This document shows, piece after piece, positions 9,959-19,070 of a stretch of DNA of 64,000 nt (its first letter is position 1; every line of letters begins with the position of its first letter). This DNA comes from an uncultured Gammaproteobacteria bacterium (GTDB lineage: Bacteria; Pseudomonadota; Gammaproteobacteria; JAADHQ01): the NCBI GenBank assembly GCA_947258755.1, contig CAMYJO010000002.1, positions 4,768-68,767 of the forward strand. Reading direction: 5' to 3'. The notes beneath the pieces were generated by a model that saw nothing but the letters and a program-made list of their open reading frames with translations, had not been told where the DNA came from and made no database searches. Position numbers and translations under genes: made by a program.

Positions 9959-10156
9959 ATGGCTATTCTGTCCTGGTTAAAATCCAAAAAACGCTTTACC
10001 CGTAAAAGTGCAGTTGATGAATTTCAAGAATTCGCAGAGGCTGAGGAAAAACGTCTACGCAGCGCTGATGCGGAATTCGACAAGGACATTTTCAAGCAGG
10101 CCGTCAAACTGGTGATGCACAAGCTTGAACCTGCCAACAAGGATTACAAGCCATGA
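9959..10156 (+). CDS. 65-aa hypothetical protein coupled to the SMC-like ATPase
   Basis: AGGAG before ATG 9959; ATGA overlap with next gene; amphipathic N-terminus MAILSWLKSKK. Confidence 0.75.
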   Translation: MAILSWLKSKKRFTRKSAVDEFQEFAEAEEKRLRSADAEFDKDIFKQAVKLVMHKLEPANKDYKP

Positions 10157-12381
10157 TCATCCACTCCATACATGCTACCAACGTCCTGAAATATGCCAAG
10201 CTCGACCTGGATAATATTCCGGAAAAAGGCATTATCGCCATCAGTGGTGCCAATGAGTCTGGTAAAACCGCCATTGTCGAAACGATTTGTTTCGCCCTGT
10301 TTGGCCGCACCTTCTCCAATGACCTAAATAACATTACCCGTACGATACGCTGGGGTGAATCCAATTGCTCAATAGAAATGGAGTTTACCGGCACCGGCAA
10401 TAACAGTTACACCGTTAACCGATCGGTCGATAAACAGGGTAAACATTCTGCCGAACTTTTCCGCAGCGGTGAAGATACACCGTTTGCTACCGGCCCGCAG
10501 GCCGTGCATGAAGAAATCACCAGTGTTTGTGGATTTGATTTCGAGCAATACCTCGACTCCCTGTACCTGGCGCAAATGGAAATTACATCTTCTGCTTCTC
10601 AGGAAGAAACCATTAAAGGTGTCTCAGGATCTGCCCCGATCGATGCGATCATGGATGACCTCAAACATGAAATCAGTATTGAGCAGGAAAGCATCAATGC
10701 CATCGAGCAGGAACAAAACCGTATCCGCACGCGTATAGAGGATATTGACATACAGGAAGACAGGTTGCCGCTCATCGAAACCGAAAAACAGCAATTTGCC
10801 GAACAGATCGATGCGCACAAGGAAGAAATCAAGATTGTCCAGGAAACCTCAAGCCAGATACATGATGCCGGCACCCAGATCCAGGAAAGCGGGCATGCGC
10901 TCAATGCAGCCGGCCGCAACCTCTCGGTCAACCAATGGAAAGAAAAACTGGGCTCGGTGACGGATGCCATTGACAATATGCGCGAATCCGTCAACACATT
11001 GGAAATGGAAACAGAGCTGCGCACGGGCGACGTATTAAAGAAATACACCGACACATTGCAATCACGCCTCGCAGGGTTTGAATCAGTCAATGAACAATGT
11101 AAAACATGTCGAAGCGAATTAGCAGCACAGTTGGGTGAGCGCGGCAGCAAGCCTGAAGATGGCAGCGTGCCACTGGCAAAACAGCGATCGGCCTTGAAAC
11201 GCCGTGTGTTGTCACAACGCCTGTATCGCGGCATCGCCAAAATAGTATTGGTGTTAGCGGTACTGGCAGCAATTTTGCTGTGGTCAGGCTGGGGTGTACT
11301 GACACAATTCCCGGACAGCAGCCTGTCCAGCTGGATCAGTAGTCAGGCATGGGCCGGAAACATCGAGGCATCATCACTGTTTAATAGCGCGATAGCCGCA
11401 TCCGTTATTACCTTACTGGTATTTGTGATGTCACTCCGCGTCGGCTCACGTATCAAACAGAACAAAAAAGAATTAGATACTGTTAATGAGCAGCTACAAA
11501 CCGTACGCATGCAGGCCGATGTGATCGACCATATTGATGACAAGCCATTCCCCGAAGTAAGCAAGGGGCTGGAGACGATCGATAACAAGGCGCTGAAATT
11601 CTCCCTTGAGAATTATATCGACAGTCATGGCAGCGCGTTTCTGTCCGAGCAGGGCTATGCCGATCACCAACAGAAACTGAACGGTCAGCTGGATGAGCAA
11701 GCCCATCATATTGCCAGCTTGCGCGAAGCCATCGCTACCCGCGTTGGCGCACTTAACCAACAAAGTGATGAGCTGCACGATAAGATCACCCGACTAGATC
11801 GTGAAATAGAAGACATACAGGCGCGTCAAAAAGAAGCGGTTGATCTGGAAATCATTATCGATAACATGGAAGGCCCGCTGGACGAACATCGCCAACGTGT
11901 GAAAGTACGTGAAATGGCATTAAGCCTGGCCAAGGGAACCTGCAGCAACATTTATAATAACTTCAATCAGATATTGAGCAAGTACTCTGCGATGATAATG
12001 CCCAAACTGACGGAGGGCCGCTACAAACAGATCCAGATCGACGATCAGCTGCATATACGTGTTTTTGCCACTGAGAAAAATGATTTTGCCGATCTCGATG
12101 AACTCTCCAGCGGCACGCAACGACAGATCATGCTGGCCGTACGCCTGGCCATATCCAAGGCCCTGGTTGAAGCTGGCCAGCATGGCAGGCAGTTCCTCAT
12201 TCTCGATGAACCCTTCGCCTTCTTTGATCGCGAGCGCATCCGCAATACCATCAAGGCCTTACCGGAGCTGGACAAAAATATCACCCAGTTCCTGATCCTG
12301 ACCCAGGAATTTGAATCAACCGATGATTTTGAATTAGCTATCCAATGCAACCGCGACAAGGACGAGTTGTCGATAAGCTAA
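10153..12381 (+). CDS. Rad50/SbcC/SMC-type coiled-coil ATPase with two central TM helices
   Basis: Walker A GANESGKT, Q-loop YLAQ, signature LSSG, Walker B LILDEP, coiled coils, hydrophobic helices near residues 364-385 and 412-430. Confidence 0.88.
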   Translation: MIIHSIHATNVLKYAKLDLDNIPEKGIIAISGANESGKTAIVETICFALFGRTFSNDLNNITRTIRWGESNCSIEMEFTGTGNNSYTVNRSVDKQGKHSAELFRSGEDTPFATGPQAVHEEITSVCGFDFEQYLDSLYLAQMEITSSASQEETIKGVSGSAPIDAIMDDLKHEISIEQESINAIEQEQNRIRTRIEDIDIQEDRLPLIETEKQQFAEQIDAHKEEIKIVQETSSQIHDAGTQIQESGHALNAAGRNLSVNQWKEKLGSVTDAIDNMRESVNTLEMETELRTGDVLKKYTDTLQSRLAGFESVNEQCKTCRSELAAQLGERGSKPEDGSVPLAKQRSALKRRVLSQRLYRGIAKIVLVLAVLAAILLWSGWGVLTQFPDSSLSSWISSQAWAGNIEASSLFNSAIAASVITLLVFVMSLRVGSRIKQNKKELDTVNEQLQTVRMQADVIDHIDDKPFPEVSKGLETIDNKALKFSLENYIDSHGSAFLSEQGYADHQQKLNGQLDEQAHHIASLREAIATRVGALNQQSDELHDKITRLDREIEDIQARQKEAVDLEIIIDNMEGPLDEHRQRVKVREMALSLAKGTCSNIYNNFNQILSKYSAMIMPKLTEGRYKQIQIDDQLHIRVFATEKNDFADLDELSSGTQRQIMLAVRLAISKALVEAGQHGRQFLILDEPFAFFDRERIRNTIKALPELDKNITQFLILTQEFESTDDFELAIQCNRDKDELSIS

Positions 12382-12387
12382 GCTTTA

Positions 12388-12418
12388 CTGACCGGTAAGC
12401 GAGTCGCTTGCCGGTCAG
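12388..12418. terminator. GC-rich hairpin between ATPase and patatin genes
   Basis: ctgaccggtaagcg/cgcttgccggtcag stem; no clear T-tract, so termination is uncertain. Confidence 0.35.
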
Positions 12419-12561
12419 CCACCCTACAATCAGCACCCCCATCCTGCTCGATAAGCGACCAACCCGACAGCGGTTTATATCAATGCGGTTTATTGATACA
12501 GTTCTGCTAAGATCTGCTTCATGCATCATCAGGACATGCCAGGATAGCGAGGTGGTGAAAA

Positions 12562-15138
12562 ATGACTGACAACGGCAACCAACACAGGGACAAACTCGGG
12601 CTAGCATTGGCCGGCGGTGGTTTCCGTGCCTCTCTTTTCCATATCGGTGTTTTACGGCGTATGGCCGAACTCGATATGCTGCGTTTCGTCGAGGTGTTAT
12701 CAACAGTCTCAGGCGGTTCGATTGTCGGCGCCTTGTATATACTGTTACTCAAACAGGAACTCGACAAAAAGGCCCGCCTCGACAAGGACGATTATCTACG
12801 CATTGTCGACAAACTCGAGCAACGCATGTGCAAGGCGATCAAAAAAAACCTGCGCGTGCGTCTGTTCCTGAATCCTTTCGGCACCCTCAGATTCCTGATG
12901 ACAGAGTATAGCCTGGGACGGCGCATGTCGCGCCTGTATGAGCGCTGCGTTTATAGTGAAACAGTTCGTGAACTGGAAAGCGGCATCGCCAAATGCGGTT
13001 GGACCAAAAAACCCTGGGTACCGGACTGGTTTCGACGTTGGAGCGCACCGGGACGCATTAACCTCAGTGATATCAAGATGCGGCCCGGCGGTCAGCCGAT
13101 CAGGGATGGTATTGAAACCTACAACCGCACCCAGGTCGAAACCAACGGTTCCGTCATCACCCAATTGATATTAAATGCCACGTCACTCAATTCCGGAGCG
13201 CGCTTTTGGTTTTCAGCCACTGAGATTGGTGACTGGGACCATGGCAATATTCGCCGCGACGAGATCAACACCATCCTGAAAAGAAAAAAGGCGCTGGCGA
13301 TGCTGGCCGCGAACAAAGCAGAGAGCGAGATTCAGCAAAAAATTCAGGATGCGGGCAAGCCCTTGTATCTCGATCTTGCACGTTGGTGGCTACAGGCCGA
13401 CTTTAACTCTCCTGTTGCAGGCATGGAGCCCTTGTTTGATGATTTTATGAGGCCGATCATCGTGGCCCTGTGCACAGCCGAACCCGGTAAGTTACGCATG
13501 GCCAAATTACCATCCTGGTACCTGCGCAAGGGCGCACAAATGCAACCGCCGATCACCGGTGGTCTCAGTAGCGAGCAACATCTACATAAGGTTGCCACGG
13601 TCATCGCCGAGATAGCGCATATCGTTCTGGACAAAGTCGAACATTGGATGCTGGCAAACTCAAAACGCTGCCAATTATTACTGGATTTTATTTATGAGCT
13701 GTATATCTTGCGCATGGCCGAGCGTGTATCGCCCAATATCAGCAAAGACTGGGACAAACTAACACTCGGTGATGCTGTGGGTGCATCGGCCAATTTCCCG
13801 CCGCTATTCCCACCCCTGCAAATTACTGGCATCTATGATGACATGCTGGTCAGCCGGCTCGGCCTGACCGATGGTGCGGTATTTGATAACATCGGCATTA
13901 CCGGCCTGACGGACGAGCAATGTAATCACATCATTGTCAGCGATACCGGCGGCCTATTAAATACGATGCAACGTTCGTCATCGGGGCGGCTCGGCATGAG
14001 CGCACGCATCATCAACATCCTGACCAACCGCGAAGCACGTCAGACCAGGGACCAGCTACTTGAACGCCACCGCGTCACTACCGGACTCAATCGTGAGGCT
14101 GCCTTTATTTCGACTTTAAACAATCAACAGGGCGGCAGCGACGAGTCTATTGAATCACAAGCGCATCATGCTGATGAACAACAGCTATCATTACAGTATC
14201 CCAAAAATACCGACGACACTTCGGATACGTGCCAAACATTACTGGATACAGTGCAACAAAGGCTGAAGACTTTTCGAAGCACCTATGCGCTGCATAGTCT
14301 GGCGATGTTTAACATCGACTCCGATGAGGTACCGACCGATGAGAATGCACCGGTCTCTCCGAGCGAGCTGATCCAGGTGCGTACCGACCTCGATGCCTTT
14401 GGTGATATAGAAATGTACGCCTTGATGAACCAGGGTTATATCAATGCCGATCATCACATCAGGCATTACATGAATCCACAAGATAGTCATGATCATGCAG
14501 CCAGCTCAGCTACAACCAACGACCACCCTTATCCATACAATCAGAATGGCGACTGGGAACAGGATGTGACATCGCCGTGGCTACCAGGCTTGTGTCAAAA
14601 CCGTGAACTGACCAAACGCACTATCAAACAGGCTAGTAAACGTTTTTTCAGAGCCCTACGTATGAAGCTGGTTTTTGCGTGGTTGATTACCTTGGCTGTA
14701 CTGGGTGCTATTGCCTGGTACTTTCGTGATACCCGCATATCCGGCGAAGCCGTGTCACAGGCCTTCAATAGTTTCAGCCTGCGCGAGACCTATTCTGTTT
14801 TTGCTTACCTACCGAGTGACTGGAGCCAACAATCATTTAATCTGGTCACCCTCACCGTAGCAATTTTGCTCATCGTATTGTTGTTCACCAACCTGCGTGC
14901 GCATTGGTTTGGCCTGGTAGATAAGCTGAAGGGCAAGTCATGGTTCGGGCTATCAAGATGGGGAGCCAAATTGGCACGCTTGCCAGGCGGTTACAAGGGC
15001 AACCTGCTGTGGATGGTATGGCTACCCTTGCCCGTCGCCATCGCCATGGGCATCAGCGCGGTCATGTATTTCTCGCACATATGCTACCGCTACCCTTTGC
15101 TGCATAAAACCCGTCTGGACAATAAAAAATCCAGGTAA
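12562..15138 (+). CDS. Patatin-like phospholipase, 858 aa, with C-terminal TM helices
   Basis: LALAGGGFRA oxyanion loop, STVSGGS nucleophile, TDGAVFDN catalytic Asp; hydrophobic helices in the last ~160 aa. Confidence 0.88.
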   Translation: MTDNGNQHRDKLGLALAGGGFRASLFHIGVLRRMAELDMLRFVEVLSTVSGGSIVGALYILLLKQELDKKARLDKDDYLRIVDKLEQRMCKAIKKNLRVRLFLNPFGTLRFLMTEYSLGRRMSRLYERCVYSETVRELESGIAKCGWTKKPWVPDWFRRWSAPGRINLSDIKMRPGGQPIRDGIETYNRTQVETNGSVITQLILNATSLNSGARFWFSATEIGDWDHGNIRRDEINTILKRKKALAMLAANKAESEIQQKIQDAGKPLYLDLARWWLQADFNSPVAGMEPLFDDFMRPIIVALCTAEPGKLRMAKLPSWYLRKGAQMQPPITGGLSSEQHLHKVATVIAEIAHIVLDKVEHWMLANSKRCQLLLDFIYELYILRMAERVSPNISKDWDKLTLGDAVGASANFPPLFPPLQITGIYDDMLVSRLGLTDGAVFDNIGITGLTDEQCNHIIVSDTGGLLNTMQRSSSGRLGMSARIINILTNREARQTRDQLLERHRVTTGLNREAAFISTLNNQQGGSDESIESQAHHADEQQLSLQYPKNTDDTSDTCQTLLDTVQQRLKTFRSTYALHSLAMFNIDSDEVPTDENAPVSPSELIQVRTDLDAFGDIEMYALMNQGYINADHHIRHYMNPQDSHDHAASSATTNDHPYPYNQNGDWEQDVTSPWLPGLCQNRELTKRTIKQASKRFFRALRMKLVFAWLITLAVLGAIAWYFRDTRISGEAVSQAFNSFSLRETYSVFAYLPSDWSQQSFNLVTLTVAILLIVLLFTNLRAHWFGLVDKLKGKSWFGLSRWGAKLARLPGGYKGNLLWMVWLPLPVAIAMGISAVMYFSHICYRYPLLHKTRLDNKKSR

Positions 15139-15151
15139 GCGCTGTCAGGAT

Positions 15152-16693
15152 TTACCTGGCAATACGCGCAGACGAAATAACCACCTGCACATTTCTGGCA
15201 TAGGCGCGATTAACACTGAGATTCAGGTTAACCCTGTTTTTCTCACCCGCATTCAGGCGACCCTGCAATGGTCGCGCGACCTGACGCATGCGTCCACTAC
15301 TATCCGGGTAACGGATTTGCAAGACGATGCCCGTCACTGCCTCCGGCGTGGTGTTGTGCAGGTCTGCCAACAATCGTCCACTCTTATCCAATCCGGCGCG
15401 CACGCTGATGTACTTACCGGGGTTATCTTTCAGATCCATTTTCACCAGCGATGAAAATGCGGCCTTACCGGCATCACTGCTGCTGCTGGATGCCTTGGCG
15501 TAGTATTGCTTTGCTTCATTATAACGTCGCTCAGTACTGGCGATATCACCCAGGGCCTTATAGGCATTGGCTGTCGGTAGCAGCTTCACGCTCTTTTCAA
15601 GATCAGACTTTGCCGGGCCTCTTTTATTAAGACGATTATTGACCAGGCCACGCTGCAGGTAGTAATAAAAGAAATCGTTATTGAGTTGTATCGCCTTGTT
15701 ATAGTCTTTATAGGCCGTGTTATAGCGTTTACGCTTCTGTTCGATATCACCCAGCAATGAATGAAAATGGCCTTCACGTGGCTCCTGTGCAATTGCCTGC
15801 CTGATCAGGCTTTTCGCCTGCGACACCTGCCCCTTGGACAAGGCCTTCTGTGCTTCATCATATTTTTTATAGGCAGGCTTGGTCTTAATCAGACGCGCCA
15901 TTTTTTGCTGATAGCGTTGACGACCGATGATGCCGCCCTTAGGCAGAGCGGCTGCCATTTTAATATTGTTTTGTACGCGCTCCTGCGATGCCGGGTGACT
16001 GGAAAACAAGCCACTGAGCCAGTCCTGGCGTTTATCTTCGGACAGCTTAACGAAGGTTTTTTGCAAGTCAACCGCGCCTTGCGGATCATAGCCGGCGCGC
16101 GCCATATATTTCATGCCATAAAGATCAGATTCACGCTCGGCATCACGACCATATTTTTGGTTGATTAACTGTGCACCTACTGACGCGCCGATCTCGGCGG
16201 CATTGGCATAATCCTTACCCTGGGTGGCGATCGATGCCGCCACGATCAAGCCTTGTAATAACATACCGCGCTGCATACCTTGCGCGCTGTGCTTGGCGGC
16301 GGCATGCACAATTTCATGCCCGAGTACGGCTGCCAGCTCGGCCTCGCTTTTCAACTCGGTCAACAGACCACGGTTGATTGCAATTTTTCCACCCGGTAAT
16401 GCCCAGGCGTTCGGTACAGAATTATTAAGTACGGTAAATTCATAGGGGAGCTTACGATCACTAACGGCAGCCAGACGTTGTCCGACTTCATTGACATACG
16501 CGGTTAATCCCTTATCGACTTCATAATCGCCACCCTGGGATTGTCGCATTGGCAGATACTGCTTTTGTCCAATGCTCAGCTCCTGCGCCTCGGATATCAG
16601 GCTAAGCTCTTTCTTTCCCGTTACCGGGTTGGTGCTGCATGCACTGGTCAGTAAAATGATGATCGCGGGGAATACGAATCTCGACAGTTTCAT
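15152..16693 (-). CDS. M48-family zinc metalloprotease lipoprotein with TPR repeats
   Basis: Lipobox LTSAC, PNAWALPGG, HEIVH, YGRDAERESD, SSHP. Confidence 0.9.
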   Translation of the reverse strand: MKLSRFVFPAIIILLTSACSTNPVTGKKELSLISEAQELSIGQKQYLPMRQSQGGDYEVDKGLTAYVNEVGQRLAAVSDRKLPYEFTVLNNSVPNAWALPGGKIAINRGLLTELKSEAELAAVLGHEIVHAAAKHSAQGMQRGMLLQGLIVAASIATQGKDYANAAEIGASVGAQLINQKYGRDAERESDLYGMKYMARAGYDPQGAVDLQKTFVKLSEDKRQDWLSGLFSSHPASQERVQNNIKMAAALPKGGIIGRQRYQQKMARLIKTKPAYKKYDEAQKALSKGQVSQAKSLIRQAIAQEPREGHFHSLLGDIEQKRKRYNTAYKDYNKAIQLNNDFFYYYLQRGLVNNRLNKRGPAKSDLEKSVKLLPTANAYKALGDIASTERRYNEAKQYYAKASSSSSDAGKAAFSSLVKMDLKDNPGKYISVRAGLDKSGRLLADLHNTTPEAVTGIVLQIRYPDSSGRMRQVARPLQGRLNAGEKNRVNLNLSVNRAYARNVQVVISSARIAR

Positions 16694-16887
16694 GCTGCTT
16701 CCTCCTTTTGCCTGATCATTAACATTGGATCAAGCATCTGGTTTTATAAAAATTTATTGCGCTCTTGCGGCAATTCTTTTCGCCATAAAATATTGCTTAC
16801 CTGGCGATGCACACACAGTCGTGGGCACTCGAGTGGCAGGCGGCGATAAAGTCCGACGCTATCGGACCTTAAACACGCCTGTTACCA

Positions 16888-17091
16888 CTAGTCTTTCAGG
16901 ATGAAGGTGATTTTCAGATTGACGCGGTATTCAGATACCTTGCCGTCTTTCACCTTGACAGACTGGTCAGAGACCCAGGCACTGGTAATGTTATCCAGTG
17001 TTTTACTGGCGCGTTTGACCCCGGCCTTGACCGCGTCTTCGAAACTTTTGTTTGATGATGCAATGACTTCGGTCACTTTTGCAATTGACAT
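16888..17091 (-). CDS. Dodecin (flavin-binding)
   Basis: KVTEVIASS..SFEDAV...A.KTL..I..AWV...YRVNLKITF; ATG 17091 after GGAGG. Confidence 0.9.
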   Translation of the reverse strand: MSIAKVTEVIASSNKSFEDAVKAGVKRASKTLDNITSAWVSDQSVKVKDGKVSEYRVNLKITFILKD

Positions 17092-17321
17092 GGGATTTCC
17101 TCCGTTAACTCTCAATTTTATTATTTGAAATCAGTTTAGCTACCCTCTGATCATAGCCTTTCTGGGGTCAATAATGTTGAAATGGGCAAAAAATTTAACA
17201 AAGGATAACAGATAGACTGAATTGCCGGGGATTGCTGACCTGGATTGTCAGGAATAACGGATACTTATTGAGATAGGAAGTGTGAGCGCGCCGTGCTGGC
17301 GCTGATAAAAATCAAGTGGAT

Positions 17322-17352
17322 AAAAAACAGGCCGTCTTAGACGGCCTGTTTT
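17322..17352 (-). terminator. Intrinsic terminator after slyD
   Basis: aaacaggccgtc/gacggcctgttt stem with T6 on minus strand. Confidence 0.75.
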
Positions 17353-17358
17353 CAATGC

Positions 17359-17844
17359 CTAGTGTTCGTGACCACCGGGGCCATGCACATGTCCATGTTC
17401 CAGCTCTTCGGCACTGGCTTCACGCACACCCAGCACCTTGACATCAAAGTTTAATGTCACACCGGCCAATGGGTGGTTGGCATCGACCGTGACCACGCCG
17501 TCTTCAATTTTCATGACCGTCACTACTCTGGCACTGCCATCTTCGGCGGCGGTCTGGAACTGCATACCTTCCTGGATTTCACCGGCACCTTCGAAGCGAT
17601 CAACAGGCACTTCGGCTACCAATGAATCATCACGCTGACCATAGGCCTCATCCGGCTCAATGGTTACACTGAGTGCATCATCAACTTTCTTGCCTTCAAG
17701 CGCATTTTCAAGGCCTGGAATAATACCGCCAATACCCTGAATAAAGGCAAAGGCCTCATCGCCGCTGGATTTATCTATCATCACGCCTTCGGCATCCGTC
17801 AGGGTGTACTCGAGTGTCACTACTGCATTCTTGGTAATTTGCAT
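17359..17844 (-). CDS. slyD: FKBP-type PPIase SlyD
   Basis: IIPGLENAL, DEAYG, VDANHPLAG, His-rich tail HGHVHGPGGHEH; ATG at 17844. Confidence 0.93.
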   Translation of the reverse strand: MQITKNAVVTLEYTLTDAEGVMIDKSSGDEAFAFIQGIGGIIPGLENALEGKKVDDALSVTIEPDEAYGQRDDSLVAEVPVDRFEGAGEIQEGMQFQTAAEDGSARVVTVMKIEDGVVTVDANHPLAGVTLNFDVKVLGVREASAEELEHGHVHGPGGHEH

Positions 17845-17979
17845 ACTGGGCCTATATTGTCGGGAATACTGCGAAAGCGTAAGGATACTGAAATCAGGGG
17901 GAAAATCCAAGGAATTTGGCTATTTCTGACGATAAAATTCGTATTTTACGACATTTAAGCGGGTATCAAGGTACGGCTT

Positions 17980-18597
17980 TTACACGGATATATCGATTTC
18001 CGGCTGCTGGATGGCTTCACTAGTCGCATAACTGCGTTCAATAGACTGGGTTTTTGACTGCCCGGCGGTTTCATCTTCTGCTTGTTGCTGCCGTATCTCA
18101 GCACGTGCATCTGATGCCATTTTTATGGCCTCGGCGGCCACGGCCCGATCCTGCGCCGACGGTTGTGCCGGCGCCAATGCCGCCCGTTGTATCAGTAATG
18201 CCTTTTGTAACGCAGCCTTCGGGTCATTTGGCTTACTGACATCAATACTGACCTCACCAGCGACCGCATACTGGCGACCATCCGGTCCACGCTCGTATTC
18301 ATACTCGGCACCGCCGCGCGCATACCGACCTGCCGCACCTTTATGCGCCGCTTCATGTGCACGTACCTCACGATCGCGTTGCGCCAGACGTTGTACTTCT
18401 GCGCGTTCCTCATTACTGAGCTGCTGAGGGGTTTTCGTATTACCGGTCGCTTTGCCGTCGTCGGCGTTATGGCCTGAGTGCTGGTCATGCTGATCATGCT
18501 GTCTGGATTTTTTACCGCTATCGGCTGCAGCCGCGGGCGTTGCCGTGATCGGCACGGGTGCGACGATTGGAATCGGTATGCTTGGAGGAATGACCAT
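17980..18597 (-). CDS. SprA-related family protein
   Basis: RDREVRAHEAAH..GG..YEYERGPDGRQYAVAGEV.IDVS and ALAPAQPSAQDRAVA. Confidence 0.85.
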   Translation of the reverse strand: MVIPPSIPIPIVAPVPITATPAAAADSGKKSRQHDQHDQHSGHNADDGKATGNTKTPQQLSNEERAEVQRLAQRDREVRAHEAAHKGAAGRYARGGAEYEYERGPDGRQYAVAGEVSIDVSKPNDPKAALQKALLIQRAALAPAQPSAQDRAVAAEAIKMASDARAEIRQQQAEDETAGQSKTQSIERSYATSEAIQQPEIDISV

Positions 18598-18623
18598 CAG
18601 ATAAACCTGCTGAGCGAGTCTGG

Positions 18624-18863
18624 TCAGGCCTTGTCGTCAATCAGGCTGCCAAGGGTTTCATTCACGGTCTTCAAGACCTTGGCGGATGCCTTGACCTGCA
18701 ATTCATCTTCTTTCAGGCCAACGATTGAACGGGTCAACTGTTCTGCCGACAGCCCAGACTCCTGGGTACCGGCCTTGGCAATATCACTGGCATTTTTACG
18801 CATTCCCGAGAGTCCTTTCTGGATACCTAATAGGGATGCATTTACTGCGGAAATCTCACTCAT
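18624..18863 (-). CDS. 79-aa protein resembling terminal motifs of flagellar rod/hook proteins
   Basis: GIQKG..GM...ASDIA...QVKASAKVLKT..ETLGSLID. Confidence 0.7.
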   Translation of the reverse strand: MSEISAVNASLLGIQKGLSGMRKNASDIAKAGTQESGLSAEQLTRSIVGLKEDELQVKASAKVLKTVNETLGSLIDDKA

Positions 18864-18916
18864 GCAATTGCTCCTATACCACTGCTCTCTGGTTTACATT
18901 GTTCACTACCTTATAT

Positions 18917-18944
18917 ATAACGTCCGTATCACGGTAAAACTTTA
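18917..18944 (-). promoter_or_regulatory. Possible sigma-28 promoter
   Basis: TAAAGTTT then GACGTTAT; TAAA-to-minus-10 spacing 16, one longer than canonical. Confidence 0.3.
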
Positions 18945-19070
18945 GCGATTTACTGATTTAATTACAATATTGCTTAATAAACAATGGCTTAATATGTGAC
19001 CAATACCATGTTAACGGGTATACTGGCAGCTATCTTTTTATCCTTAAAACTAACTTATCTGGCTTAATTA

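Noticed and set aside
12338-12785. Antisense ORFs spanning the ATPase-patatin gap as a missing third gene
   Set aside because: Overlap real genes on the opposite strand, lack RBS and protein-like composition.
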